A stretch of DNA of 64,000 bases from Dehalococcoidia bacterium (GTDB lineage Bacteria > Chloroflexota > Dehalococcoidia > Lucifugimonadales > JAAXIE01). The notes under the pieces are model-generated. The model made no database searches, was not told where the DNA came from, and was given only the letters and a program-made list of their open reading frames with translations. Where the stretch lies: NCBI GenBank assembly GCA_965204245.1, contig CBDBED010000007.1, positions 119,535 through 183,534 on the forward strand. Reading direction: 5' to 3'. A program made the position numbers and the translations under genes. Positions 37,413-46,991 of this stretch are shown one piece after another; the first letter of the stretch is position 1; each line of letters begins with the position of its first letter.

Positions 37413-37457
37413 GATGTCACCCCGCGTTGTTTTGGAGCTTGGCCCGCAATTGCAGCT

Positions 37458-38183
37458 TCAGCCCTTGGTCTTCTGTTCAGCGCCCCAAGCAGCCATCCAC
37501 TCGATTACCTCGGCCAAGGGCAACACGTCCGCATATTTCTGGTTCATGTCAAACAGGTTAATCGCGTGCGAAGCCTCATGCCGGTCGAACACGCACTCCT
37601 CAACCACCACCATCCGATAGCGGTTGGTGCAGCCGTCCACCACGCTGGAGCGCACGCACCCGCTGGTGCTCTCCCCGCACACGATGATGGTGTCGGCATC
37701 CAGATAGTTCAGGTGCCCCGCCAGCGGCGTGCCCCAGAACGCACTGGGCGACGACTTCTTCAGCACCGTCTCCCCCTCAACCGGGGCCACCTCATCAATG
37801 ATGTCATACCGCCGGTAACGCCTGTCAGCGGCCTCATCCGATAGCTGCGGAGGCTTCTCCGGCTGACGTCGCACTATCCAGTCCTCCACTCCCGCATGGT
37901 CCAGCCCAGTCACATGCACCACCGGGATGCCGTTGTCCCTCGCCGTATGCAATAGCGTCTGTATATGGGGGATGGAGTCCCAAGCAGCCAACCCACAACT
38001 TCCCGGCCAGTCCTTGATGGACTCCAGCAAAGGCTGGGGCTCATCTCCAAACACCCAGCGGTACAGGTCGATTAGAAGCAGCACCGGCCTCTCCCCAAAC
38101 CCCATCTTGCGGTGAGTGCTGGCAGCCAGATGCGCCTTGTCCTGTTCAGTAAGGAAGGAATCCCATACACGAGAGGTCATCAT
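37458..38183 (-). CDS. isochorismatase-family cysteine hydrolase
   Basis: I chose the ATG at 38183/38180. VLLLIDLY and IIVCGESTSGCVRSS (catalytic Cys) motifs. Confidence 0.8.
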   Translation of the reverse strand: MMTSRVWDSFLTEQDKAHLAASTHRKMGFGERPVLLLIDLYRWVFGDEPQPLLESIKDWPGSCGLAAWDSIPHIQTLLHTARDNGIPVVHVTGLDHAGVEDWIVRRQPEKPPQLSDEAADRRYRRYDIIDEVAPVEGETVLKKSSPSAFWGTPLAGHLNYLDADTIIVCGESTSGCVRSSVVDGCTNRYRMVVVEECVFDRHEASHAINLFDMNQKYADVLPLAEVIEWMAAWGAEQKTKG

Positions 38184-38245
38184 GCGCCTCCATAGTCTTG
38201 TGGTCTGTATTCGACTATTCCAGGAACTGCCGCCAAACCTGGCCG

Positions 38246-39145
38246 TCACCGCAACAGCGGTATGACCTCCTCACACAGCCTCTGCAACTGCCCTCTCCCC
38301 TTGGTGACCATCGAAAAAATCAGCGTCTCCACGCCAGCATCAAGGAAAGACTGCGCCCGCTCGGCACATTGCGCGGGTGTGCCGTGCAATGTGGACCGGT
38401 TCACGTCATAGGGAAAATCATAATATCGTGGCATCCGCGCACTAAGCACCGCCCGCGCCGCTGCCGCGTCATCATCTACGTGGATGTAGCAGAACTTGGC
38501 TGGCATAAGTTCCCTAATGGGCCTGCCTGCCGCTGACGCCTCTTCCCGCACCCGGGCCCATCCCCGCGCGAACTCTTCCGCGTCAGTCGTGCTGGAGGCC
38601 AGCCACCCATCACCCACCGTTGCCACCCGCTTGTACACCGGGTCTGCCCTGCCTCCGATCCAGACGGGCATGCGCTGCATTGGCCTTGGCTTCATCGTCC
38701 GCGCGTTTGGCGGTGGGAAGTCCTCCCCTTGGCCCCAAAAGTTCCGCATGGTCTGCAGCGTACCCATAAACTGGCTCACCCGCCTGCGCATCGGCGCGCC
38801 TATGGCGTCGTACTCATCCGGTCGCCCGCCGAGCGATGCGCCAACGATGAGCCTGCCGTTGGAGAGGTAGTCCAAGGTCGAGATAGTCTTGGCCAAGGAC
38901 AAGGGATTACGCAGGTTGGCGCACAAAACGCTGGTGCCCAGCTTGATGGTATTGGTGCGGGCCGCCGCGAAAGACAACACCGTAAGGGCTTCCAGCATGT
39001 CTATTCGCCCGTGCAATAGCCGGTCCTCGACCCACACCGAGTGAAGCCCGAGGTCCTCGGCGGCCACGATATAGTCCGCCAGTTGTGCGGGGGTGGGAAG
39101 GTCGTCCCAGCCTACGTTGGGAAGATACACTCCGAACTGCGCCAT
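38246..39145 (-). CDS. LLM-class F420-dependent oxidoreductase
   Basis: 299 aa. AEDLGLHSVWVEDR and GRLIVGASLGG motifs. Confidence 0.85.
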   Translation of the reverse strand: MAQFGVYLPNVGWDDLPTPAQLADYIVAAEDLGLHSVWVEDRLLHGRIDMLEALTVLSFAAARTNTIKLGTSVLCANLRNPLSLAKTISTLDYLSNGRLIVGASLGGRPDEYDAIGAPMRRRVSQFMGTLQTMRNFWGQGEDFPPPNARTMKPRPMQRMPVWIGGRADPVYKRVATVGDGWLASSTTDAEEFARGWARVREEASAAGRPIRELMPAKFCYIHVDDDAAAARAVLSARMPRYYDFPYDVNRSTLHGTPAQCAERAQSFLDAGVETLIFSMVTKGRGQLQRLCEEVIPLLR

Positions 39146-39295
39146 GGCGCTCTCCTACAGGTATGAAGACTCGTGCATCGAGTTTGACAAAGACCAGCCG
39201 ATGATACACTATTCTCGACAATCGGCGGCATGAGTTGTCCCCCCAAACCTTTAAGCTCTGGCCAGCTTTTGTCTGCACCCGGGAGGCATGGAAGT

Positions 39296-40480
39296 ATGCA
39301 GGTATTCGGTTTCGACCTTCTCCCCTACCCGGAGCATCTCGACCACCTCAAACAGGACGGCGAACTGCCCTTCCCCTTCCCCAAGGAGCACTTCGTGCCC
39401 GAGGTGGCCGTTAAGAATTACGAGGACCACCTTGAGGCTTGGAGCCTCATGGACGAGTTGGGGTTCGACGGCGTGGGGTTCAACGAACACCACGGCTCTC
39501 CCTACGGCATGATGACCTCCCCCAATATCATGGCCGCAGCAGCCTCCCAGCGCCTCAAAAAGGCCAAGATCCTGATCTACGGCAACCTTCTCCCTATTCA
39601 CGAACCCCTCCGCTTGGCTGAGGAACTCTCCATGCTCGACTGCCTCACCGGCGGGCGTCTCATCTCCGGCTTTGCTCGAGGTATCCCCCGCGAGCACATG
39701 GTCTTCAACGTGGACATGGGCGAGTCCCGCGCCCGTTTCGAAGAGGCTTGGCAAATCATCAAGCGGGCATGGACTGAAGAGGTCTTCTCCTATGAGGGCA
39801 ATTTCTGGTCCTACAACGACGTCGCAATCTGGCCCCGCCCGGTGCAGCAACCCCACCCGCCCGTATGGGTGCCCGTCACCGTCAGCAAGGAGACTATCGA
39901 GTGGGCCGCCCGCGAGAACATACCCATCACTCCCGGTGCCATAGGCTCCCTTGAAGTGCGGCGCGACATGATCCGCTACTACGCCCGGCACCTCGACGAA
40001 AACGGCCACGAACTCACCCCCGGCCACATTGTCTGCGCCGCCAACGTGCACATTGCCGACAGTCGCGAAGAGGCCCTGAAAACAGCGGGCCCCTACATGC
40101 TCTACTTCTTCCGCACCCTCTTCAGCCACGGCAACATCTACCAAGTCAATCGCCAGCAGGCCAGCGGTTACATCAGCCAGACCAACCTCGACTGGCTGGC
40201 CCCGGAGCGTCGTGAAGGGTTCCTCAAAGCCCTGCAGGGCTTCCGAGCCATTACCATGGAAGACATCGAACGTAACGACCGCCTCTGTTGGGGGTCGCCC
40301 GACGATGTCGCCGGTTCCATCATCGAGTTGGCCGATGCCCTAGGTGCAGGCACCATCAACCTCATGTTCAACCAAGGCGCCATGCCCCACGACATGTACA
40401 TGGGCCAAGTGGAGCGCTTCGGCCGCGAGGTGCTCCCTCAAATCCAAGCCCACCAAGTGAAAACGGCAATCGACTACTAG
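39296..40480 (+). CDS. LLM-class flavin-dependent oxidoreductase
   Basis: I chose the ATG at 39296, which has GGGAGG about 9 nt upstream. LGFDGVGFNEHH and GRLISGFARG motifs. 394 aa. Confidence 0.85.
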   Translation: MQVFGFDLLPYPEHLDHLKQDGELPFPFPKEHFVPEVAVKNYEDHLEAWSLMDELGFDGVGFNEHHGSPYGMMTSPNIMAAAASQRLKKAKILIYGNLLPIHEPLRLAEELSMLDCLTGGRLISGFARGIPREHMVFNVDMGESRARFEEAWQIIKRAWTEEVFSYEGNFWSYNDVAIWPRPVQQPHPPVWVPVTVSKETIEWAARENIPITPGAIGSLEVRRDMIRYYARHLDENGHELTPGHIVCAANVHIADSREEALKTAGPYMLYFFRTLFSHGNIYQVNRQQASGYISQTNLDWLAPERREGFLKALQGFRAITMEDIERNDRLCWGSPDDVAGSIIELADALGAGTINLMFNQGAMPHDMYMGQVERFGREVLPQIQAHQVKTAIDY

Positions 40481-40512
40481 CCAAGCGGTTAACCACTGGT
40501 CGAACGTATCAA

Positions 40513-40537
40513 GGAGGCTCTAAACCCACGAGCCTCC
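40513..40537 (+). terminator. candidate stem-loop/terminator after the LLM gene
   Basis: GGAGGCTC / GAGCCTCC 8-bp perfect stem with a 9-nt loop. The T-rich tract appears only about 15 nt later. Confidence 0.35.
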
Positions 40538-40568
40538 TGCCCGCCCAAATCTATTTTAGGAGGAGCTT

Positions 40569-42476
40569 ATGTCAACTCTGGTGCGACCCGGCCCCGTAAT
40601 CATCCTTCTCTGTCTGTTATTGGTTGGAATCATCGTAGCCTGTGGCGAGGAGGCGACCCCAACAGCCGCCCCTGCTACTGACGCGCCTGCTGCCACTCAG
40701 GCTCAAGCCCCTGCCACCGCTGCCCCGGCAGCCACTGCAGCAGCCCAGACCGCCGCCCCGGCAGCCACTCAAGCTCCAGCGGCAGTGACCGCCACCCCCA
40801 CGGCAGCACCCGCGCCCGCGCCCGCCGGTACTCCGGTTCCCACTGTGGGACCCACAGGCACCCTCAATGTGGCTGTAGAAGACTTTGCCCAACCCATCTT
40901 CGTCCTTCACAGCCAGCCTTTCGTTGAGGCAAGGTACGACAACATCATCACCCACGAAAGCATGTTCGCTAACGACCCCGACGGCAATGTGGTGCCTCTA
41001 CTGGTAACCGATTGGAGCCTCAGCCCCGATGCCTTGGTGGCCACCTTCAACCTTCGCCAAGGCGTGCCTTGGCACGACCAGTATGGGGACTGGGGCGAAT
41101 TCAATGCCGACGACTTGATTTGGTCCTTGGAGGACATCACCCAGCCAGCTACACCCCACCCTGCATCCGGCAACATCCGCCGCGTGTTCATGTGTGAGGA
41201 ATGTTCTCTCGCCAAGCTGGACGACTATACCGTCCAACTCACCCGTTCCACCCCTACCTTCGAGATCGACTGGTATAGCAGGGCCCCTAATCCCACCAGC
41301 ATGGCCATCCACAGCAAAGTGCACTACGACACGGTAGGCGAGGACACGGCTACAACCTTCCAGTCCGTGGGCACTGGCCCTTGGCAACTCGTGGAAATCA
41401 GGCCTGGAGATATCAAGCGCGCAGAGGCTGTCCCAAACCACTGGCGCAAGACCCCTGAGTTCGCCGAGTTGGTATGGCACGAGTTCACCGAGCAGTCCAC
41501 CATGCTGGCCAACTTCCTCACCGACAAGTTGGATGCCGCCCAGTTCGAGTTGGACAGTATCCAAGCCGTGCGCCTCGAGGACAATCCCGACCACAAATTC
41601 ATGGTCTTCCCCGGTGGCAGCCAGGTCACCATGCACCTGCTGGGCCAGCACTACAACAACGACCACCCAGCCCACAACCCCGATGCGGAAGGCAACATCA
41701 AAGTTCCCCTAGGCGACGACCCTTTCGACTGCACGTACGCCTGGGTTGCCTGCAACCGCGATGTCAACTCCCCTGAGTGGGAACAGGCCAGAAAGGTGCG
41801 CTTGGCGATGAGCCTAGCCATCGACCGCCAAAAGCTGGTCAACAACGTTGCCCTAGGCGAAGGCGAACCCCACCACGTGCGCGAGTTCTTGGGCTACGAC
41901 GCCCGGCAGAAGCAGTTTGGCCTGGACAAGTTGAAGGTGGAATTCGACTTGGACCGCGCCCGTGAGCTTATGGCCGAGGCCGGCTTCCCTGATGGCTTTG
42001 AGACTAACGCCACCCTCACTGCTGGCACCAGCGCAACAGTTACCCAAGCTGTGGCCACCATGTGGGAGGAAATCGGAATCACGACTTCCCAGAACACGCT
42101 CCCTTATTCTGCTTTCCGCCCCAACTTGGTCAACCGTACAGCCAAGGGTGTCTGGACCCAAGCTTTCCCGCCCTCGGACCCCGAGCCCATAGTCGGGTAC
42201 AACATCCTCCACAGCTCTGAGGGCGCCCTCACCTTCAGCTTCGAGCATCCAGACTTCCAAGCCATGCTCGACGAGGCCAACACCCTCATCGACCCCGATG
42301 CGCGCTGGGGAAAGCAGGCTGAGATGGCTAAGTGGATTTTCGATCACACCATACTCATCATGCTCTACGGTGAGAACATCGTCTGGCCCCTCGGCCCCAA
42401 GGTCGACCCTTGGCGGCCGCTTGCTGGCAACAGGAACTGGCTCAGCAACTGGGAATACGCTCCCCATCGCCAGTAA
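40569..42476 (+). CDS. ABC-transporter family-5 (peptide/nickel/opine type) solute-binding lipoprotein with Ala/Pro/Thr-rich linker
   Basis: The signal plus lipobox is LLVGIIVACG. It is followed by a roughly 65-aa APT-rich linker and about 540 aa of SBP_bac_5-like domain. AGGAGGAG lies upstream. No permease or ATPase genes are adjacent. Confidence 0.85.
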   Translation: MSTLVRPGPVIILLCLLLVGIIVACGEEATPTAAPATDAPAATQAQAPATAAPAATAAAQTAAPAATQAPAAVTATPTAAPAPAPAGTPVPTVGPTGTLNVAVEDFAQPIFVLHSQPFVEARYDNIITHESMFANDPDGNVVPLLVTDWSLSPDALVATFNLRQGVPWHDQYGDWGEFNADDLIWSLEDITQPATPHPASGNIRRVFMCEECSLAKLDDYTVQLTRSTPTFEIDWYSRAPNPTSMAIHSKVHYDTVGEDTATTFQSVGTGPWQLVEIRPGDIKRAEAVPNHWRKTPEFAELVWHEFTEQSTMLANFLTDKLDAAQFELDSIQAVRLEDNPDHKFMVFPGGSQVTMHLLGQHYNNDHPAHNPDAEGNIKVPLGDDPFDCTYAWVACNRDVNSPEWEQARKVRLAMSLAIDRQKLVNNVALGEGEPHHVREFLGYDARQKQFGLDKLKVEFDLDRARELMAEAGFPDGFETNATLTAGTSATVTQAVATMWEEIGITTSQNTLPYSAFRPNLVNRTAKGVWTQAFPPSDPEPIVGYNILHSSEGALTFSFEHPDFQAMLDEANTLIDPDARWGKQAEMAKWIFDHTILIMLYGENIVWPLGPKVDPWRPLAGNRNWLSNWEYAPHRQ

Positions 42477-42498
42477 CCCGCTTCCCGCGCGAAGTGAA

Positions 42499-42537
42499 AG
42501 AGGGGTGTCCCGAAAATGGGACACCCCTCTTCTTCTC
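42499..42537. terminator. bidirectional intrinsic terminator between convergent genes
   Basis: Perfect 13-bp stem AGAGGGGTGTCCC / GGGACACCCCTCT (42499-42511 and 42518-42530) with loop GAAAAT, followed by TCTTCTTCTC. Confidence 0.7.
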
Positions 42538-42555
42538 AGCAACCCACGGAGCCCG

Positions 42556-43974
42556 CTAGTCCAGCGACGGTGGTCTCACATGGTGCCAAGGCTTCGCCTG
42601 CTCAAAAGCAGCCGAAGCCCGCAGCACCGTAGCTTCATCCCCTCGACGCCCGATAATATGCAGGCCAATCGGCAACCCATCCGACGAGAATCCACAAGGT
42701 ACAGTGGCAGCAGGCTGACCCGTGAGATTGAAGGCCACCGTCAGGTTGGGGAATATCCACTGGGGGTGCACCTCTTTCCCGCCGACCATGGTCGGCGGTT
42801 GCCCCACGGGTGGCGCGACCATCCCCATCGTTGGCGTCAGCAGCAGGTCGTACTCATCCAGCAGGTCGTCCAACTGCGTACGCATTACCTCCACCGCTCG
42901 CAGGGCCCGCGAGAAATCGGCCCCAGTGGTGTTATAGCCATGGTCCAAAGCCTGGTTCACGTAGTCCATAAGCTCGTCCCTATGGTCGTCCAGCACCCCT
43001 TCATAAGCAGCCACCATACTGGGACGTGAGATATCGAGATAGGCAGCCATCGGGTGCTCCAACCTCAAACCGCACTCCGTCACGCTCGCCCCCAACTCTT
43101 GAAACAGGTAGGCGGCAGCACTGGAAGCCTGTAACACCTCCTCGTCTACTGCCCCAAACCCCATATCAGCACTCCAAGCGAACCTCAAGCCTCTAGCCCC
43201 CTGTTCCAGCCCGGCAGAAAAATCAGGTGGAGTTTCCCGCAGCGAGGTAGGATCTCCGGCATCGCGTCCCGACATCACCTGCAACAACGCAGCCGCATCA
43301 GCCACATAGCGGGTGATTGGCCCCGACTGTGCTGTAATATGCGGACTGGGGCGGTCTGGGCTCCCAACGAACGGCACCCGCCCTTGGGTGGGCTTAATCC
43401 CGTAGATGCCACACAGACTCGCCGGTATCCGTATCGACCCTGCTCCATCCGAGCCAATGGCGATGGGCGCCAGCCCAGCAGCCACCGCCGAGGCAGACCC
43501 ACCGCTCGACCCACCCGGCGTGCGACTCGTATCCCAAGGATTCCGACACGAATCACCCAGCTTGTTGGTGGTCGTCCCCGACGGCCCGAATTCCGGCGTG
43601 TTGGTCTTCCCCAAGATAACGGCCCCGGCTTCCCTGACCCGGCCCACACCAACGGCATCGCGGGCAGGCACATGGTCCTTGAACACCAGTGACCCCCAGG
43701 TAGTGCGTATCCCCGCCGTCGCCTCGAGGTCCTTGATGGCAATGGGCATACCCAGCAACGGCCCTCGCTCACCCCGCCCGATGGCCTCCTCCGCGCGCCG
43801 GGCCGACTCTATAGCGTAGTCCCCCGTAACGGTAAGAAAGGCGTTTAGTCTCGGGTTCAACGCCTCAATGCGCCTCAGATAAAGCTCCGCCAGCTCCACA
43901 GGAGACAGCTTCCCTGCATCCATCATTTCCCGCAGTTCCACCGCCGAAGAATACGCTAGCTCCGCATCCGCCAT
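42556..43974 (-). CDS. amidase-signature family amidase
   Basis: GMPIAIKDL and GGSSGGSASAVAAG motifs. 472 aa. Confidence 0.9.
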   Translation of the reverse strand: MADAELAYSSAVELREMMDAGKLSPVELAELYLRRIEALNPRLNAFLTVTGDYAIESARRAEEAIGRGERGPLLGMPIAIKDLEATAGIRTTWGSLVFKDHVPARDAVGVGRVREAGAVILGKTNTPEFGPSGTTTNKLGDSCRNPWDTSRTPGGSSGGSASAVAAGLAPIAIGSDGAGSIRIPASLCGIYGIKPTQGRVPFVGSPDRPSPHITAQSGPITRYVADAAALLQVMSGRDAGDPTSLRETPPDFSAGLEQGARGLRFAWSADMGFGAVDEEVLQASSAAAYLFQELGASVTECGLRLEHPMAAYLDISRPSMVAAYEGVLDDHRDELMDYVNQALDHGYNTTGADFSRALRAVEVMRTQLDDLLDEYDLLLTPTMGMVAPPVGQPPTMVGGKEVHPQWIFPNLTVAFNLTGQPAATVPCGFSSDGLPIGLHIIGRRGDEATVLRASAAFEQAKPWHHVRPPSLD

Positions 43975-44002
43975 TTCAATCCCTCCTCCATCAGGTTCGT
44001 TA

Positions 44003-44047
44003 TTACTAAAAGCGCGACCCCTCCACCGGCATCACCTGTGGAGGGGT
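44003..44047 (-). terminator. intrinsic terminator after the alpha/beta hydrolase gene
   Basis: Perfect 11-bp stem GACCCCTCCAC / GTGGAGGGGTC (44015-44025 and 44037-44047). On the minus strand it is followed by GCGCTTTTAGTAATAA. Confidence 0.7.
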
Positions 44048-44077
44048 CGTCCATTTCTCAGGTTCTATACTGGAGTC

Positions 44078-44926
44078 TTAAGCGTTTCGCGCTAGGAACT
44101 CCCGCACCGCTTGCGTGAACCCCGTCGGGTTCTCCTCCATCACCATGTGGTGCGCCGCCTCCACCTCAGCCAACTCCCCCTTGGGTAGCGCCTCCACCAT
44201 CTGGGCAGCGACCGCCGGTGGCAGCGCATCCGTCTCCATCCCTCTCACCACCAAGGTAGGGCAGGGGATACGAGGCAAAGCTGGCCACAAGTCCACGTTT
44301 TCTTGGGTGCGTCCCTGACGCCATTGCGCCCGCACCTCGGGATCGTAACGCCAGCCCAGCTTGCCGTTTGGCAGTTCCATGGTCTGGTACTTCAACCGGT
44401 TGCGCAGCACAGCTTCCGGAGGCCGGGTGTTCTCCTTGCGCATGTAGGTATACAGGGCCTCGAAGTCATCAAACTCTTCCGGCACCTTGGCCAACTCCTG
44501 CGCGATTCGCGGCCCATCCTCAGTCCTCCCCGGCGGCAGGTCTACCAACACCAGCCGGCTCACCGTATCGGGGTACGTGCTCGCGTACATCATGCTGTTC
44601 TTGGAGCCCATGGAATGGCCCACAAGGATGAAGTTGGTCAGGCCAAGGTTATGAGTGATCCCCCGTATGTCGGCGGCCATACTGTGGATTGAATAATCGC
44701 CGTCGGGAGCCCAATCGGTGAAGCACCTGCCCCGCTGGTCGACGCAAATCAGGTGATAATCGTCGACCATTCCCTCGGCAAAGGCGTCCCATGTATGCCC
44801 ATGACCACGCAGCCCGTGAAGGCACACTATGGTCGGCGCGGCTGGGTTACCCCACTCCAGATAATGGAAGTTCAGGCCGTTGGCCTTCACGTAAGCATCC
44901 GTGTACCTAGCACTGGTCGTTGCCAT
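44078..44926 (-). CDS. alpha/beta hydrolase
   Basis: 282 aa. LHGLRGHGHTW and GHSMGS nucleophile elbow. Confidence 0.85.
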   Translation of the reverse strand: MATTSARYTDAYVKANGLNFHYLEWGNPAAPTIVCLHGLRGHGHTWDAFAEGMVDDYHLICVDQRGRCFTDWAPDGDYSIHSMAADIRGITHNLGLTNFILVGHSMGSKNSMMYASTYPDTVSRLVLVDLPPGRTEDGPRIAQELAKVPEEFDDFEALYTYMRKENTRPPEAVLRNRLKYQTMELPNGKLGWRYDPEVRAQWRQGRTQENVDLWPALPRIPCPTLVVRGMETDALPPAVAAQMVEALPKGELAEVEAAHHMVMEENPTGFTQAVREFLARNA

Positions 44927-44966
44927 GTAGCCCTCCGCTGGATGATTGCCTGTCCGGAACAGGACC

Positions 44967-45815
44967 CTACCCGGTGCGTTCCAGCCACTCCTTCACCACT
45001 TGGGTGAACTTGTCCGGGTTCTCCTCCATCACCATGTGGGCCGCCCTCTCCACCTCCACCACCTCGGCTTGCGCCATAACCTGCGTCATACGCTCCGCCA
45101 CGGCCATCGGCAGAATATCCGTCTCCGTCCCCCGCACGATGAGCGTAGGACAAGGTATGTTGGCAACAAAGGGCCACAAGTCCTCCGCAACTGGCCTGCG
45201 GTCCTCCCGCCACTGCTGGCGCACCTCAAGGTCATACCGCCAGCCAATCTTCCCATTGGGCAGAACCTTGCTCTGATAGGTGGTGCGGCGCCGCAGCACA
45301 TCCTCCGGGCACAGAGGGTTCGACCTCTTCTGCGCCTCGATAAGCTCCTCAAAGGAGTCATACTCCTCTTTCGCGTTGATCATCTCTTGCCGTATCCGGG
45401 CGCCCCCTCGCGGGTCTCCCTCCGGCCCAATGTCCACCAGTATCAGCTTGCGCACCTTCTCAGGATGCGTTCCCGCGTACAGCATGCTGTTGCGTCCGCC
45501 CATGGAGTGACCCATGAGCACGAAGTTGTCCAGCCCCAGGCCGTCAATGGCTCCTTCTATGTCCGCCAGAAACGCAGCCCCCGTGTAGTTGCCGTCTGGC
45601 GCCCAGTCGCTGTCCCCGCGTCCTCGCTGGCTGAATGAATAGATGTGGTACTGGGACGACATGGGCTCAGAGAAGCTATCCCAAGTATGCGCATGTCCCC
45701 TCAACCCATGCAGGGCCACCAAGGGCGGTGCCGATGGGTCGCCCCACTCGATATAGTGCAACTTGATGCCATTGGTGTTGACGGTGCGGTCGAGGAACTT
45801 CACCTGAGTGGTCAT
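44967..45815 (-). CDS. alpha/beta hydrolase, tandem paralogue
   Basis: Also 282 aa and collinear with 44078..44926 (LHGLRGHAHTW, GHSMGG). About half the residues are identical by eye. Confidence 0.85.
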   Translation of the reverse strand: MTTQVKFLDRTVNTNGIKLHYIEWGDPSAPPLVALHGLRGHAHTWDSFSEPMSSQYHIYSFSQRGRGDSDWAPDGNYTGAAFLADIEGAIDGLGLDNFVLMGHSMGGRNSMLYAGTHPEKVRKLILVDIGPEGDPRGGARIRQEMINAKEEYDSFEELIEAQKRSNPLCPEDVLRRRTTYQSKVLPNGKIGWRYDLEVRQQWREDRRPVAEDLWPFVANIPCPTLIVRGTETDILPMAVAERMTQVMAQAEVVEVERAAHMVMEENPDKFTQVVKEWLERTG

Positions 45816-45864
45816 GGAAGCCTCCTTGCTCTCTTCATCGGTGCCCGCTGGCTTTGAGCAGCGC

Positions 45865-46464
45865 CTACCTGCTAGCCGTCCCCTCCCTGTTCTCCAATCG
45901 TGTCCCAGGGTTCACGACTCTTTGGAGGTCGCCGTTCCGTTGAATCTGGTCAATGTCCCAGACCTCGCCGAAATTCAGTGAGCGCGGGCAGTGCCCATAC
46001 GCTTCCTCCACCTCTACCAAAAGCCCCTGAATCACCATTGTCCGGTCATCAGGATTGAAGACATCGGCATCGATCTGCATCTTCTTCACCTCGTCCGCAT
46101 CCAGAATGCGGACCTTGCCGTTCACCCGCGCCACATCGGCGCAGCCGGGGATGAAGAACACAATCCCGATATGAGGGTTGTCGATGATATTCAGATAGGA
46201 CTGGAACAGCTTGTTGCCCGCAATGTCCGGTATCAGCAGGTGGCTGTCATCCAGAATCTTGACGAACCCAGGCTTCCCCCCCTTGGGTGAGGCGTCGCAA
46301 TGCCCCTCACCGTTTGAAGTTGCAATGACGACGAACGGCGACTCCACGATGAAGTTACGCACAAGCTCAGGCAGTTCATCCTTCACCTTGTTGGCCGCCC
46401 GCTCAGCAGGCATCCCAAACTTCGCATTCAACGGGTTGTCCAGATTCGGTTGTACAGTCGTCAT
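45865..46464 (-). CDS. pyridoxamine 5'-phosphate oxidase (PPOX)-type FMN-binding split-barrel flavoprotein
   Basis: FVVIATSNGEGHCDASPKGG and ARVNGKVRI motifs resemble the MSMEG_1061-type PPOX family. Confidence 0.75.
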   Translation of the reverse strand: MTTVQPNLDNPLNAKFGMPAERAANKVKDELPELVRNFIVESPFVVIATSNGEGHCDASPKGGKPGFVKILDDSHLLIPDIAGNKLFQSYLNIIDNPHIGIVFFIPGCADVARVNGKVRILDADEVKKMQIDADVFNPDDRTMVIQGLLVEVEEAYGHCPRSLNFGEVWDIDQIQRNGDLQRVVNPGTRLENREGTASR

Positions 46465-46470
46465 ACGCTT

Positions 46471-46872
46471 CTACTCCCTGGATGTATTTTGGGCCAAGGA
46501 AACCAACTGGTCGACGAAGTCACGCACTAGCGGCGCGTCCTCATCCAACTGGTACTCTTGCATGAACCCGTGGTAGAAATTGGCATGGAATTTCTCCGCC
46601 AACCCAAAAGCGAGTCGGAGCGACCGGTCATTGTATTCATCCGCAAGCTGTCTCACGGACGACTTCAACAAATAGTGACTCCCACACTTCCAGTCGCGGA
46701 TAAGCGCATTAGCCATGACAGCATGACTCGCAGCCCCCCACAGCTTCTCCGAGCCTTGCAAAGAATCGCCGGACGCCAACTCTTGCCGCGACTGCTCCAA
46801 GAAAAGCAGGGCAGTCGCGATGTGCTCCTCTGCTGTCATATCCAGTGCCGTATCAAAGTCCGCCGTAGTCAC
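46471..46872 (-). CDS. hypothetical helical protein, possibly PaREP1/HEPN-like
   Basis: 133 aa. EHIATALLFLEQSRQELASGDSLQGSEKLWGAASHAV resembles the PaREP1 family N-terminal pattern. The recognition is weak and from memory. Confidence 0.4.
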   Translation of the reverse strand: MTTADFDTALDMTAEEHIATALLFLEQSRQELASGDSLQGSEKLWGAASHAVMANALIRDWKCGSHYLLKSSVRQLADEYNDRSLRLAFGLAEKFHANFYHGFMQEYQLDEDAPLVRDFVDQLVSLAQNTSRE

Positions 46873-46991
46873 AGCAAAGCGCTCTCAAGGGAATGGTACT
46901 AAGGGGCATCGGCCGCACACTAGCAGATATCCCCCTATTTGACAATGGAACACTCGCCGATGTCGGGTTCCCATCATGCACCCCGTCCCCG

